Notes: a model not told the origin generated them from the letters alone. A DNA stretch of 64,000 nucleotides from Candidatus Methylomirabilota bacterium (GCA_036558225.1 DATBGA010000085.1:6526-70525); one strand, 5' to 3'. Counted from the stretch's first letter, positions 16,763-26,033 are shown. Translations and numbers: made by a program.

Positions 16763-18340
16763 CTACAGGTCGTTGCCGGAGTACGACTGGTTGAACGACT
16801 TGTTGCAGAGCGGGAAGTCCGGCACGATGTTCTTCAGGAGCGCGTACGACAGAGGCCGCCAGTTCAGGAATGAAGGGTCGAGGACCTTCACGCGCTCGAG
16901 TCGGCCGCTCGCGTCGGTCATTACCCAGTGAACGATCCGTCCGCGCCACCCCTCCACCAGGGCGAAGGCGGCCTGGAAAGCCGGCGAGGGCTCCAGGGCT
17001 GCCACGAGTGGGCCGTCCGGTAGCATCTCCACGGCCTGCTCGATCAGCCCGACCGACTCTCGTGCCTCCCGCACTCGCACCAGCGTCCGTGCCTTCACGT
17101 CCCCCGCGTCGAGCACCGGCACGCTGAACGACAGCTCCCGGTACGCCGCGAACGGATGGTCGCGGCGCGTGTCGACGTCGAGGCCGGACGCACGCGCGAC
17201 GAAACCGACCACGCCATGGTCGCGCGCGATCGAAGGCGTGAGCTGGCCGGTGCCCTCGAGCCGATCGGCCACGAGCGAGTTCCCGAGACTGATTTCGACG
17301 ATCTCGTCGAAATCCGCCAGGGCCGCCCGCACCTCGCTCGCCACATCAAGACTGCGCGGCAGGTCCGCCCGGACGCCCCCGGGGAGGAGAATGCCCCGCA
17401 TGAGACGATGGCCGGTCAGGCGCTTGTTCAGGCGCAGCAGCCGTTCCCGGATTCGGAAGCAGTGCGAGTGCGCGACGGCAAAGCCGGTGTCGTTCGCGAT
17501 CATCCCGAAGTCGCCCACGTGGTTGTAGAGCCGCTCGAGCTCGAGAAGGATCACGCGTAGGTACCGTGCACGGGCCGGCACGATGGTGGCGCCGAGTGCT
17601 TCGATCGCCTGGCAGTAGGCGAGCGCGTGTCCCACGCTCGTATCGCCCGAAACGCGCTCGGCGAGCTCCACCCCGTCTTCCCGCGTCCTTCCCTCGAAGA
17701 GTTTCTCGGTCCCTTTGTGCGTGAAGTACAGCCGGGACTTCATGTCGATAATCGTCTCGCCCACCACGCTGAAGCGGAAGTGGCCCGGCTCGATGATACC
17801 CGCGTGGACCGGCCCCACCGGGATCTCGTAGACTCCCTCCCCGCCAACCTGCTGGAAGGGAAAGGCCTGCCCGTCGTCGCGGAAGTGGCGCGGTTCCGCA
17901 TCCTTGCGGAGCGGATAGTAGTCCGCGGGCCAGAAGGCGTGCCGGACCAGCGGGCGGGGATCGGGGTGCCCGACGGCCCGTATCCCCAGCACATCGAAGA
18001 GCTCGCGCTCGAAGCGAGACGCCGGATAGTGGAACGTGGCCAACGACGGGATCTCCGGCCGATCGGGCGCGACCGCCAGCGTCGCGCAGACGAACCAGTT
18101 CTCGCGGCCATGCGCGAACAGATAGTGCACCTCGAACCGCCCGACATCCCGCCGGCGATCGACGCCGACCATCAGTATGAGCTCGGCGCCCCAGCTCACG
18201 CGCAGCCACCGTGCCAGCCCGGGCACCACCTGGGCTTCGACCGCGCACCGGAGCACGCGCGTCTCGTGACTCTGAATCCAGGCCAGTCCGGCCGGGAATT
18301 CCCGCGCCAAGGCCGACGGCAGGCGGTCGAAACCGGTCAT
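16763..18340 (-). CDS. NuoC-NuoD / HycE-HyfG-like large subunit lacking the [NiFe] cysteine ligands
   Basis: Start is MTGFDRLP, with an ATGA overlap with the upstream gene. The N-terminal NuoC-like part precedes the large-subunit fold. The expected ERxCGxCxxxH reads ERVSGDTSVGH. The expected C-terminal DPCxxC reads DFPLCNKSFNQSYSGNDL. Confidence 0.85.
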   Translation of the reverse strand: MTGFDRLPSALAREFPAGLAWIQSHETRVLRCAVEAQVVPGLARWLRVSWGAELILMVGVDRRRDVGRFEVHYLFAHGRENWFVCATLAVAPDRPEIPSLATFHYPASRFERELFDVLGIRAVGHPDPRPLVRHAFWPADYYPLRKDAEPRHFRDDGQAFPFQQVGGEGVYEIPVGPVHAGIIEPGHFRFSVVGETIIDMKSRLYFTHKGTEKLFEGRTREDGVELAERVSGDTSVGHALAYCQAIEALGATIVPARARYLRVILLELERLYNHVGDFGMIANDTGFAVAHSHCFRIRERLLRLNKRLTGHRLMRGILLPGGVRADLPRSLDVASEVRAALADFDEIVEISLGNSLVADRLEGTGQLTPSIARDHGVVGFVARASGLDVDTRRDHPFAAYRELSFSVPVLDAGDVKARTLVRVREARESVGLIEQAVEMLPDGPLVAALEPSPAFQAAFALVEGWRGRIVHWVMTDASGRLERVKVLDPSFLNWRPLSYALLKNIVPDFPLCNKSFNQSYSGNDL

Positions 18341-19788
18341 GGCCCGGCGATCTCGGCGATCTGCCGGAGCAGGCTCGCGAGCGGCGCGGGCACGAAGAGC
18401 CCCAGGGCCACAAGCGCACCCAAGCAGACAGCTAGCGGAGCGAGCCGCCACGCCCCTCGGTCCCCAGAGACGACCTCCGCCGGCGACGCGCCGTAGAGCA
18501 TGCGATTCGCGTGAGCGACGAGCCCGACGCACGCGACGGTCAGGAGCGTCAGCACGATGCCCATCAGCCACGGCCGACCGATCGCGAAGCCCGCGCGGAG
18601 CACCGCCAGCTCCGACACGAACAGGCCGAACGGGGGCAAGCCGACCAGGGCCAGCGTGCCCGCCAGGAACAGCGCGCCGGTGCCCGGCATCGACCGGAGG
18701 AGCCCCGACACCCTCGCGATGTCGGCCGTCCGATATCGGCCGAGTACGCGGCCGGCCAGCAGGAACATCACGGCCTTCGCCAGCGTGTGGTTCAGGAGGT
18801 GCAGCATCGCCGCGATCGCGCCGGGCGCTCCCAGCGCCAACCCCACGCACATGAGCCCCATGTGCTCGATGCTCGAGTAGGCCAGCATCCGCTTGTAGTT
18901 TCGCTGCAGAAGGAGGCTGAACGCCGCGATCGCGAGCGAAAGGATCCCGAGCGCCACGAGGAGCCGGTTCGGAAACGCCGGACCGACGGCGGCGGCGACC
19001 ACGCCCCTCCAGCGGACGATCGCGTGGAGCGCGACCGCCAGCAGCACGCCCGACATCATGGCCGAGACGGGCGCCGGCGCCTCGGCGTGGGCGTCGGGAA
19101 GCCAGGTGTGCATCGGCGCCAGTCCGGCCTTCGTCCCATAGCCCACGAGAATGAAAACGAACGCGAGCTGCATCACCTCGGGCCGGAGACCCGGGGCGGC
19201 GGCCCGGAGCACGGTCCAGTTCAGGGCCGCCTCGTGGGAATCCGCCAGCCGCACGAAGTCGAAATACGCGAGCACGGTGCCCGCGAACGCGAGGGCGATG
19301 CCCACGGATCCCAGCAGCACGTACTTCCACGAGGCCTCGACGGAGGCCTTGCTCACGTCCAGCGCGATTAGCATCGCCGAGGCGATCGTGGTCGCCTCGA
19401 TCGCCACCCACATGAGCCCGACGTTGTTGGTCGTGACCGCGCACAGCATCGTGAAGGCGAACAGGTTGACGAAGATCTGGTACCGGCGGGCGCGCCGGGG
19501 CTCGTCGCTCCGCTCGAGCCCGGGGCCGAGCCACGCCGCCAGCGCGGTGACGATCGTCACGCAGACGGCCAGCAGCGCCGACAGCGCGTCGGCGCGCAGG
19601 ACCTCCTGCCAGCCCCCCACCAGCGGCTCGCCGCCGACGACCTGAGATCCGAGCGCGAAGGCCGCGCCCAGGGAGACGAGGGAGAGGACGGCGTTCACCC
19701 ATCCCACAACCCGCCGGAACGGGACCGCGACGAGCGCGAGCGCGGCCGCCAGCAGCGGAGGACCGAGGAGGAGCCCGAAGGTGCGCAC
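18337..19788 (-). CDS. HyfF / NuoN-M-like antiporter-type membrane subunit
   Basis: Proton-pumping subunit signatures (GYGTKAGLAPMHTWLPDAHAEAP, AYSSIEHMG). GTG start at 19788 chosen just after the upstream stop. Start is uncertain. Confidence 0.8.
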   Translation of the reverse strand: MRTFGLLLGPPLLAAALALVAVPFRRVVGWVNAVLSLVSLGAAFALGSQVVGGEPLVGGWQEVLRADALSALLAVCVTIVTALAAWLGPGLERSDEPRRARRYQIFVNLFAFTMLCAVTTNNVGLMWVAIEATTIASAMLIALDVSKASVEASWKYVLLGSVGIALAFAGTVLAYFDFVRLADSHEAALNWTVLRAAAPGLRPEVMQLAFVFILVGYGTKAGLAPMHTWLPDAHAEAPAPVSAMMSGVLLAVALHAIVRWRGVVAAAVGPAFPNRLLVALGILSLAIAAFSLLLQRNYKRMLAYSSIEHMGLMCVGLALGAPGAIAAMLHLLNHTLAKAVMFLLAGRVLGRYRTADIARVSGLLRSMPGTGALFLAGTLALVGLPPFGLFVSELAVLRAGFAIGRPWLMGIVLTLLTVACVGLVAHANRMLYGASPAEVVSGDRGAWRLAPLAVCLGALVALGLFVPAPLASLLRQIAEIAGP

Positions 19789-19793
19789 GAGCG

Positions 19794-20450
19794 TCAGTGC
19801 CGCAGCCGGCTCAGGCGCTCGACGTCCATGCTCTCGAACGTCTCGTGGATCTGGTAGACGAAGATCTGCATCACCAGGAACCCGAGGAGCGCGTCCAGGA
19901 ACACGCCGAGCTCCACGATCAGCGGGATGCCGTACGTGCCGAGGACCGCCAGCAACGCCAGCCCGTTCTCCAGCATGAGGAAGCCGATCACCTGCGTCAG
20001 CGCCTTCTTGCGGCTGACCAGGACGAACAGGCTGACCAGGACGAGGCCCATGGCGAGCGGCATGCCGGCCCGGGTGGGCAGGCGGCTGAGCGCCACCAGC
20101 GGGCGCGAGATCCCGTATCCGACCAGCACCAGCAGGCTGGCGATGACCAGCGAGGTCGCCGTGTTCACGTACGGCTCGAGCTCGCGCTCGGTGTGGAAAC
20201 GCCGCTCCATGCGCCGGAGCAACCACGGAATCGCGATGCCCTTGACGACCACGAGCAGGATCGCGACCCAGTACAGATCTCGCCGCTGGCCGTAGTGGGC
20301 GACGACGATGGTGACGCCGGCGAGGACCAGCGACTGCCACGCGAAGGCATTCACGAAGGCCGGGACTCCACGGCTCCACAGGAGGATGAATCCGAGCAGC
20401 AGGGCCAGGCTCGAGCCGAGGACGGTTAGCTGGGAGAACGTCGCCGTCAT
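19794..20450 (-). CDS. HyfE / HycP-like (NuoK-related) membrane subunit
   Basis: 218-aa polytopic protein with a C-terminal NuoK-like segment (GFLMLENGLALLAV). Position matches HyfE in hyf-type operons. Confidence 0.8.
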   Translation of the reverse strand: MTATFSQLTVLGSSLALLLGFILLWSRGVPAFVNAFAWQSLVLAGVTIVVAHYGQRRDLYWVAILLVVVKGIAIPWLLRRMERRFHTERELEPYVNTATSLVIASLLVLVGYGISRPLVALSRLPTRAGMPLAMGLVLVSLFVLVSRKKALTQVIGFLMLENGLALLAVLGTYGIPLIVELGVFLDALLGFLVMQIFVYQIHETFESMDVERLSRLRH

Positions 20451-20454
20451 CGCG

Positions 20455-21405
20455 TCACCGCAACAGGAAAGAGGACGAGACCGCCAGAAGGGCCAGCACG
20501 AATGACACGCTCAGGAGCTCCGGCACCCGGAAGAGGCGGAGCTTGGCGACGCGGGTCTCGAAGACGGCGACCGTGACGGCGAGCGCCATCATCTTCAGCA
20601 GGAAGCTCGCCACGGCCACGAGGAGCGCCTCGGGGGTCAGCGTTCGCGCCACGCCCCACGGCACGAAGAGGTTGCCCAGCAGGGCGAAGAAGATCAAGAG
20701 CTTGATCGCCGCCGCCCACTCGACGAGGGCCAAGTACCGCCCGGAGTATTCGAGAACCATAGCTTCATGGATCATCGTCAGCTCGAGGTGCGTGGCCGGG
20801 TTGTCCACCGGCAACCGCCCGGTCTCCGCCAGAGTCACGATGAAGAGCGCCGCGAATGCCAGCAGGTGCCCGGGGCTCACGGCGCTCGCGGGGTCGGCCA
20901 GGGTTGCCACGACGATCCGGCCCAAATTGGTGGAGCCCGCGCTCAGCGCGAGGGCGAACACCGCCAGGGCCACCGTCGGCTCAGCAAGGGCCGCGACGGT
21001 CACCTCGCGGCTCGCCCCCATGCCACCGAACGCGGAGCCCGGGTCGAGCCCTGCGAGCGCCAGCCAGAACGTACCCAAAAGCAGGAGGTACACGAGAACG
21101 ACCAGGTCGCCGATCGTGTCAAACGTGAGGGGCGCCGCCAGCACCGGAACAAGGGCGGCCGCCGTCACGGTGCTGGCGAAGATGACGAACGGCGCCGCCC
21201 GGAAGAGCCAGGAGGCGTTCCGGGAGACCACGACCTCCTTGCCGAAGAGCTTGCGCAGCTCGAGGTACGGCTGCCAGGCCGGCGCTCCGCGGCGGTTCTG
21301 CAGGCGGGCTTTCATCCAGCGAATCAGCCCCACGACCCCGGGCGCGAGGAGCAGCGCCAGCGCGATCTGTCCGAGCGCGATCGCGTAGCCTATCAGCCCG
21401 TCCAC
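20455..21405 (-). CDS. HycD / HyfC (NuoH-like) membrane subunit
   Basis: 316 aa. RLPVDNPATHLELTMIHEAMVLEYSG is the conserved NuoH/HycD loop. Confidence 0.85.
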   Translation of the reverse strand: MDGLIGYAIALGQIALALLLAPGVVGLIRWMKARLQNRRGAPAWQPYLELRKLFGKEVVVSRNASWLFRAAPFVIFASTVTAAALVPVLAAPLTFDTIGDLVVLVYLLLLGTFWLALAGLDPGSAFGGMGASREVTVAALAEPTVALAVFALALSAGSTNLGRIVVATLADPASAVSPGHLLAFAALFIVTLAETGRLPVDNPATHLELTMIHEAMVLEYSGRYLALVEWAAAIKLLIFFALLGNLFVPWGVARTLTPEALLVAVASFLLKMMALAVTVAVFETRVAKLRLFRVPELLSVSFVLALLAVSSSFLLR

Positions 21406-23432
21406 TGAGCCACCAGCAGGAGTGCGATGAGCGCGAGGATCATGTAGAGCAGGTAGAGATGAAGCGATCCCGCCTGCAGCCAGCGCACGCGGATGGCGGT
21501 TCGGCGCAGGAACGAGACGGCCGGCGCGTACAGCAGCCGCTCGAACCCGGGGTGTACCTCACTCCGGTAGGCGATCGACTGGACGAAGTACTTCGACTCG
21601 GGATGGAAGTCGATCGAGAGGTCCTCGGTCGGGCGATACAGCTCGGCGAAGACTCGCCGCAGCGGCTCGGCGAACGCGGTGGCCGTGTACTCCATGCGGG
21701 GCGTCTGGCCGATGCGGCCGCAGCCCCACGTGTCCCCTGCGCGGAGACGCCGATCCGCCGCCCCGAGCCGGAAGGCCGCCGCCAGGGCCACGGGCACCAG
21801 CACGAGCATGGCGGCGAGCGCCGCCGGCGCGATGACGCCCGCGGTCCCGGGAGCCTCGAGCCTCAGTCTGGGTATCCCGCTCACGAGGTCGGCCGGCAGG
21901 CCGCCCAGTCCCGCGACCGCCCTACTCAGGACCGGAATGACCAGGCTGGGAACAACGCCCAGGGCCACGCAAGCCACGGCGAGGGCGCCCATCCCCGCCT
22001 GCATCGTGGGCGGGACCTCGTGGGCGGCGGCAGCGTGGTCAGACCGCGGGATCGCAAGAAACGTGATGCCGAAGGCCTTCACGAAGCAGGCTGCCGCCAG
22101 CCCGCTCGTGAGCGCGAGCATCCCCGCCGCGAACGCCATGATCAAGCCGAGCTCTGGCCGCGGCAGCTGTGGGCCTCCCAGAAGCGCCTGGAACACCAGC
22201 CACTCCGAGACGAAGCCGTTCAACGGCGGCAGCCCCGAGATGGCGGCGGAGCCGACGAGAAAGCAGAAGGCGGTCCGCGGCATGCCTTTGATCAGCCCGC
22301 CGAGCTCCTCCATGTTCCGCGTGTGCGTCGCGTGCAACACCGCGCCCGAACCGAGGAAGAGCAACCCCTTGAAGCAGGCGTGGTTGAGGGTGTGGTACAG
22401 GCCGGCCACGAGCCCGAGCATCGCGAGGGACGGTAGCCCATAGCTCCGGAACATGAGCCCTGCGCCGATCCCGAGGAAGATGATGCCGATGTTCTCAACG
22501 GAGTGATAAGCCAGCAGCCGTTTAAGGTCGTGCTCCATCAGCGCGTAGAGCACGCCCAGCAGCGCTGACACGGCTCCGACCGCCAGGATCGTGCCGCCCC
22601 ACCAGGGCGGGCCGCCGCCGAGCAGGTCCAGCGCGAGTCGCAGCAGCCCGTAGACGCCGATCTTGATCATGGCGCCGGACATCAGGGCGGACACGTGGCT
22701 CGGGGCGGCCGGATGCGCGAGCGGGAGCCACACGTGGAGCGGCACCAGCCCCGCCTTGGAGCCGAACCCGAGGAGCCCGAGGAGGAACACGGCATGGCGC
22801 GTGGAGGGCGGCAGCGCCGCAGCAGCAGCCCGGAGATCGGCGAATCCCATAGAGGCCGCGCTCGCCGCCAGGAGCAGGAAGGCCGCCATCAGCAGCACCA
22901 GCCCACCGTGGGCCATCGCCAGGTACCAGAGAGCCGCCTGCCGCGTCTCCCGGCGGTCGGATTCGGTCATCACGAGGAAATAGGAGGCGACCGACATGCC
23001 CTCCCACAGGAGCAGGAATGTCGCGACGTTGTCGGCGAACGGGACAAGGCCCAGGGACAGCAGGAAGAGATTAAGCATGGCCCCGAGGAAGCGAAGCGAC
23101 CCGCGGCCTTCATAGACCTGGCTGTACGCTCCGCCGAAAACCACCGCGGGGACGGCCACGACCTCAACGACCAGGAGGAAAAAGGCCCCCAGACGGTCCA
23201 GACGCAGGCTGACGCCGCCTACCATCGCGAGCAACTGCGGAATCTCGAGCTCGAAGGGGATCCCCCGAAGCAGTGCATCCAGGCCGAGCGCGAGCCCGGC
23301 GCCAGCGCCTACGATCGCCCCGACGGTTGTGACGCCGCGGGCGCTCCGACCGTTCGGGGCAGCGAGAGCACCCACGGTGCCACCGAGATGGCCGAGCACC
23401 ATGACGAAGAAGAGCGACGGCGTGAGCGACAC
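21393..23432 (-). CDS. HyfB / HycC (NuoL-like) membrane subunit
   Basis: About 679 aa. GSKAGLVPLHVWLPLAHPAAPSHVSALMSG and AYHSVENIG motifs. GTG at 23432, 2 nt after the upstream stop. Start is uncertain. Overlaps the next gene by 13 nt. Confidence 0.8.
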   Translation of the reverse strand: MSLTPSLFFVMVLGHLGGTVGALAAPNGRSARGVTTVGAIVGAGAGLALGLDALLRGIPFELEIPQLLAMVGGVSLRLDRLGAFFLLVVEVVAVPAVVFGGAYSQVYEGRGSLRFLGAMLNLFLLSLGLVPFADNVATFLLLWEGMSVASYFLVMTESDRRETRQAALWYLAMAHGGLVLLMAAFLLLAASAASMGFADLRAAAAALPPSTRHAVFLLGLLGFGSKAGLVPLHVWLPLAHPAAPSHVSALMSGAMIKIGVYGLLRLALDLLGGGPPWWGGTILAVGAVSALLGVLYALMEHDLKRLLAYHSVENIGIIFLGIGAGLMFRSYGLPSLAMLGLVAGLYHTLNHACFKGLLFLGSGAVLHATHTRNMEELGGLIKGMPRTAFCFLVGSAAISGLPPLNGFVSEWLVFQALLGGPQLPRPELGLIMAFAAGMLALTSGLAAACFVKAFGITFLAIPRSDHAAAAHEVPPTMQAGMGALAVACVALGVVPSLVIPVLSRAVAGLGGLPADLVSGIPRLRLEAPGTAGVIAPAALAAMLVLVPVALAAAFRLGAADRRLRAGDTWGCGRIGQTPRMEYTATAFAEPLRRVFAELYRPTEDLSIDFHPESKYFVQSIAYRSEVHPGFERLLYAPAVSFLRRTAIRVRWLQAGSLHLYLLYMILALIALLLVAQWTG

Positions 23433-23434
23433 GT

Positions 23435-23962
23435 CTATCGCCGCGAGGGGCGGCCGGGCAGTCGATCGAGGGCGGCCAGGATGCCTCGGAGGATATCGGC
23501 GGGCTCGGGCGGACACCCGGCCACGAAGGCGTCCACCGGCACGATCTGGTCGACGCTACCGGCGACTGCGTAGCTCCCTCGGAAGACGCCACAGCTCTTG
23601 GCGCAGTCGCCCACCGCGACCACGAGCTTCGGCTCAGGGGTCGCCTCGTATGTCTTCAGCAGGGGCACCTCCATGTTCCGAGTGACCGGGCCGGTGACCA
23701 GCAGGAGGTCGGCGTGCCGCGGTGAGGCGACGAAGTGGAGGCCGAAGCGCTCGCAATCGTAGACGGGACCGGTCAGGCCGCTGATCTCGAGCTCGCAGCC
23801 GTTGCAGGATCCGGCGTCGACCTGGCGAATCGCGAGGGCTCGCCCCAGCAGCTGCCGTGTTCTCGCCTCCACTTGTCGCACCAAGTCGACAGCAGCTGCC
23901 TCACCCGGCTCGAGCGGCTCGGTGGCGAGCCCAACTCTCAAGATCTTGGCAAAGAGCGACAC
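23435..23962 (-). CDS. NuoB / HycG-like small subunit with an intact 4Fe-4S site
   Basis: Cys ligands are retained: GSCNGCELE, GDCAKSCG, GCPP. Confidence 0.85.
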   Translation of the reverse strand: MSLFAKILRVGLATEPLEPGEAAAVDLVRQVEARTRQLLGRALAIRQVDAGSCNGCELEISGLTGPVYDCERFGLHFVASPRHADLLLVTGPVTRNMEVPLLKTYEATPEPKLVVAVGDCAKSCGVFRGSYAVAGSVDQIVPVDAFVAGCPPEPADILRGILAALDRLPGRPSRR

Positions 23963-23963
23963 G

Positions 23964-24302
23964 TCAGCGGCGCCGCTGCTCGCGATGGAGCTCGCGGAGC
24001 ATGTCCTGCGTGCCCGCGAGCTGGCCCGTGAAAATTCGGCGGGCGACGGCCAGCAGTTCGCCGACCAGCGGATCGCGCAGGGCGTAGCGCACGGTGGTGC
24101 CTTGCTTCTGCGCCGTCACCACCTGGTTCGTCCGCAGTACCGCCAGGTGCTGTGAGACGAGTGACTGGTCGGCGCCGAGGGCGACCTGGAGCTCCTGTAC
24201 GGAGCGGTCCCGCTCCAACAGGAGCTCGACCAGACGAATCCGGATCGGATGGGCCAACGCCTTGAAGAAGCGGGCCTTGAAGGCCTGCAGCTCCCCGACC
24301 AT
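23964..24302 (-). CDS. ArsR/SmtB family transcriptional regulator
   Basis: Winged HTH: FKALAHPIRIRLVELL...SVQELQVALGADQSLVSQHLAVLR. I prefer the ATG at 24302 (MVGELQ) because the TTG at 24323 falls inside or upstream of the predicted promoter. The stop lies 1 nt before the NuoB-like start. Confidence 0.8.
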   Translation of the reverse strand: MVGELQAFKARFFKALAHPIRIRLVELLLERDRSVQELQVALGADQSLVSQHLAVLRTNQVVTAQKQGTTVRYALRDPLVGELLAVARRIFTGQLAGTQDMLRELHREQRRR

Positions 24303-24325
24303 AGGTGCCGAGCTCACGGTCAAAC

Positions 24326-24353
24326 ACTATATATAAGTACCATCATATTTCAA
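24326..24353 (-). promoter_or_regulatory. sigma-70-type promoter in a ~60-bp AT-rich island
   Basis: Minus strand reads TTGAAA-N16-TATAGT. This is the only strongly AT-rich stretch in this part of a 70% GC window. It contains the imperfect dyad ATCATAT...TAATGAT. Confidence 0.5.
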
Positions 24354-24386
24354 GATTGTAATGATCGGGGTACGAGAGAGGCGCGG

Positions 24387-25184
24387 CTAGTCGGTGCGGG
24401 CGGCGCCGGCGAGCGCGGCCACGCGCTCGGGATCGACGGGCGCGGTCGTCCGCCCCTCGCGCTTGATCCAGGTCCCGACGATCGCGCCGTCGGCCACCTG
24501 GAGCAGCCCCGCCACGGTGTCCGGCTCGACGCCGGACCCAACGAGGATCGGGCGGTCGGGCACCGCGGCGCGCACGCGCTTGACGTCGCCGAGCGGCGTC
24601 GGCTCGCCGGTCGCGACCCCTGAGACGACCAGGGCGTCGGCGAGCCCGCGGTAGGCGGCGTCCTTCGCCACCTGCTCCAGTTCGACCGGGGCGAGCGGGA
24701 CCGCGTGCTTCCCGCCCACGTCGACGAAGAGGCGGGTCGCCGTCCCGAGGAGCCGCCGGTAGCGCAGCGTCCCGTACGCGTCCCCCTGGAGCACGCCCTG
24801 ATCGGCGACCACCGCGCCCACGTGGACATTGACGCGCACGAACGCCGCCCCGACCGCGGCCGCGACCGCGAGCGCCGCCTGGGCGTCGTTCTTCAGCACG
24901 TTGATCCCGACCGGAAGGCGCACGGCGCGACGGACCTCGCTGGCGACGACCGCCGTGGCCGCGACGCTCGCCGGATCCGCGCGGCCCGGGCTGAACGGCG
25001 CGTCCCCGAAGTTCTCCACGAGGCAGGCGTGAAAGCCCCCCGCCTCGAGCGCGCGCGCGTCGGCCACCGCGCGCTCGATCACCGCGTCGAGCGAGCCCCC
25101 CCAGCGTGGGCTGCTGGGAAGCGGAAGGAGGTGGACCATCCCGATCAGCGCGCGCCGGAGTCCGGGGATCGCCTCGTGACTCAC
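24387..25184 (-). CDS. BtpA/SgcQ family TIM-barrel protein
   Basis: GMVHLLPLPSSP, ENFGDAPF, GINVLKND and VSGVATGEPT match the BtpA family. GTG start overlaps the upstream stop (GTGA). Confidence 0.75.
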   Translation of the reverse strand: MSHEAIPGLRRALIGMVHLLPLPSSPRWGGSLDAVIERAVADARALEAGGFHACLVENFGDAPFSPGRADPASVAATAVVASEVRRAVRLPVGINVLKNDAQAALAVAAAVGAAFVRVNVHVGAVVADQGVLQGDAYGTLRYRRLLGTATRLFVDVGGKHAVPLAPVELEQVAKDAAYRGLADALVVSGVATGEPTPLGDVKRVRAAVPDRPILVGSGVEPDTVAGLLQVADGAIVGTWIKREGRTTAPVDPERVAALAGAARTD

Positions 25185-26002
25185 GGCGCCCTCCGCGCCC
25201 GCGGGGCCCGGGCCGGGCCTTCTCCGCCCCGCTCCATCTCCGGGCCGAAGAGCTCCATCCGTCCCGCCAGGAGGGCGAGCGCCTGGCGCCACGCGCCGGC
25301 CTCCCGCTCCGTGAAGCTCGGCCGGGCGATCCGGTGGTCGTGCTTGTCGACGAACTGCTTGAGGTCGTCGGCGAGCGTCCGGAGCTTCTCCCGCGTGAGG
25401 GCAACCAGGCGCGCCGTCTCGGGCCGGGCGCCGCCGCGCGCGAGCGCGAGATCCAGGTGCGGGAGACAGAGCCCCTCCGAGGACGCGTAGGCCGGCCCGA
25501 GCGGCGGACCGGCGAGGCCGCCGAGGAGCGCGTCGAGATGGCACGCCTCGGCCGCGACCAGCTCCACGCACACCGGGCAGCGGGCGCGCCGGGGCCGCGA
25601 CGGAGCCCCGCGGCCGCGCCCGTCGCCGACCAGGCCCCGCCAGCCGCGACGCCGGCCCGGCACCGCCACCTGGCGCGCGGTCTCGTCGAGCCAGCGGCAC
25701 GCGCGCTCGACGAGGGCGTGATAGACGATCGCCGTCCCCAGGGCGGCCTCGGGCCTTTCGCGAAGCGCCGTCGCGTGGGCGGCGCAGAAGCCCCAGGCCT
25801 TGGCGAGCCGCTCGCGGGACAAGGGATCGGTGACGTGCTCCCTCAGGAGCGCGGCGAGGTGCCGGTCCGCCACGTCAAGGAGGCATCCGCAGACGGGGCA
25901 CCCCGGTCGGGCGCACGCCTCGATGAGGCGGTGATCCCCGTGCCCGCTCACGGGCCGGGTCGCATCGGGGTCCCGGCCCTGACGACGAACCCGCGCCGGC
26001 AC
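25181..26002 (-). CDS. Cys-rich hypothetical protein with a duplicated CPVC...C-x2-H module (possibly DUF6062-like)
   Basis: Module 1: CPVCGCLLDVADRHLAALL...GFCAAHATAL. Module 2: CPVCVELVAAEACHLDALL...GLCLPHLDLAL. The family name is from memory only. Start is uncertain (GTG at 26002 or an internal GTG). Confidence 0.5.
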   Translation of the reverse strand: MPARVRRQGRDPDATRPVSGHGDHRLIEACARPGCPVCGCLLDVADRHLAALLREHVTDPLSRERLAKAWGFCAAHATALRERPEAALGTAIVYHALVERACRWLDETARQVAVPGRRRGWRGLVGDGRGRGAPSRPRRARCPVCVELVAAEACHLDALLGGLAGPPLGPAYASSEGLCLPHLDLALARGGARPETARLVALTREKLRTLADDLKQFVDKHDHRIARPSFTEREAGAWRQALALLAGRMELFGPEMERGGEGPARAPRARRAP

Positions 26003-26033
26003 GCGATCCCGTCCCGCGTGTCCGTTCGGCCGT

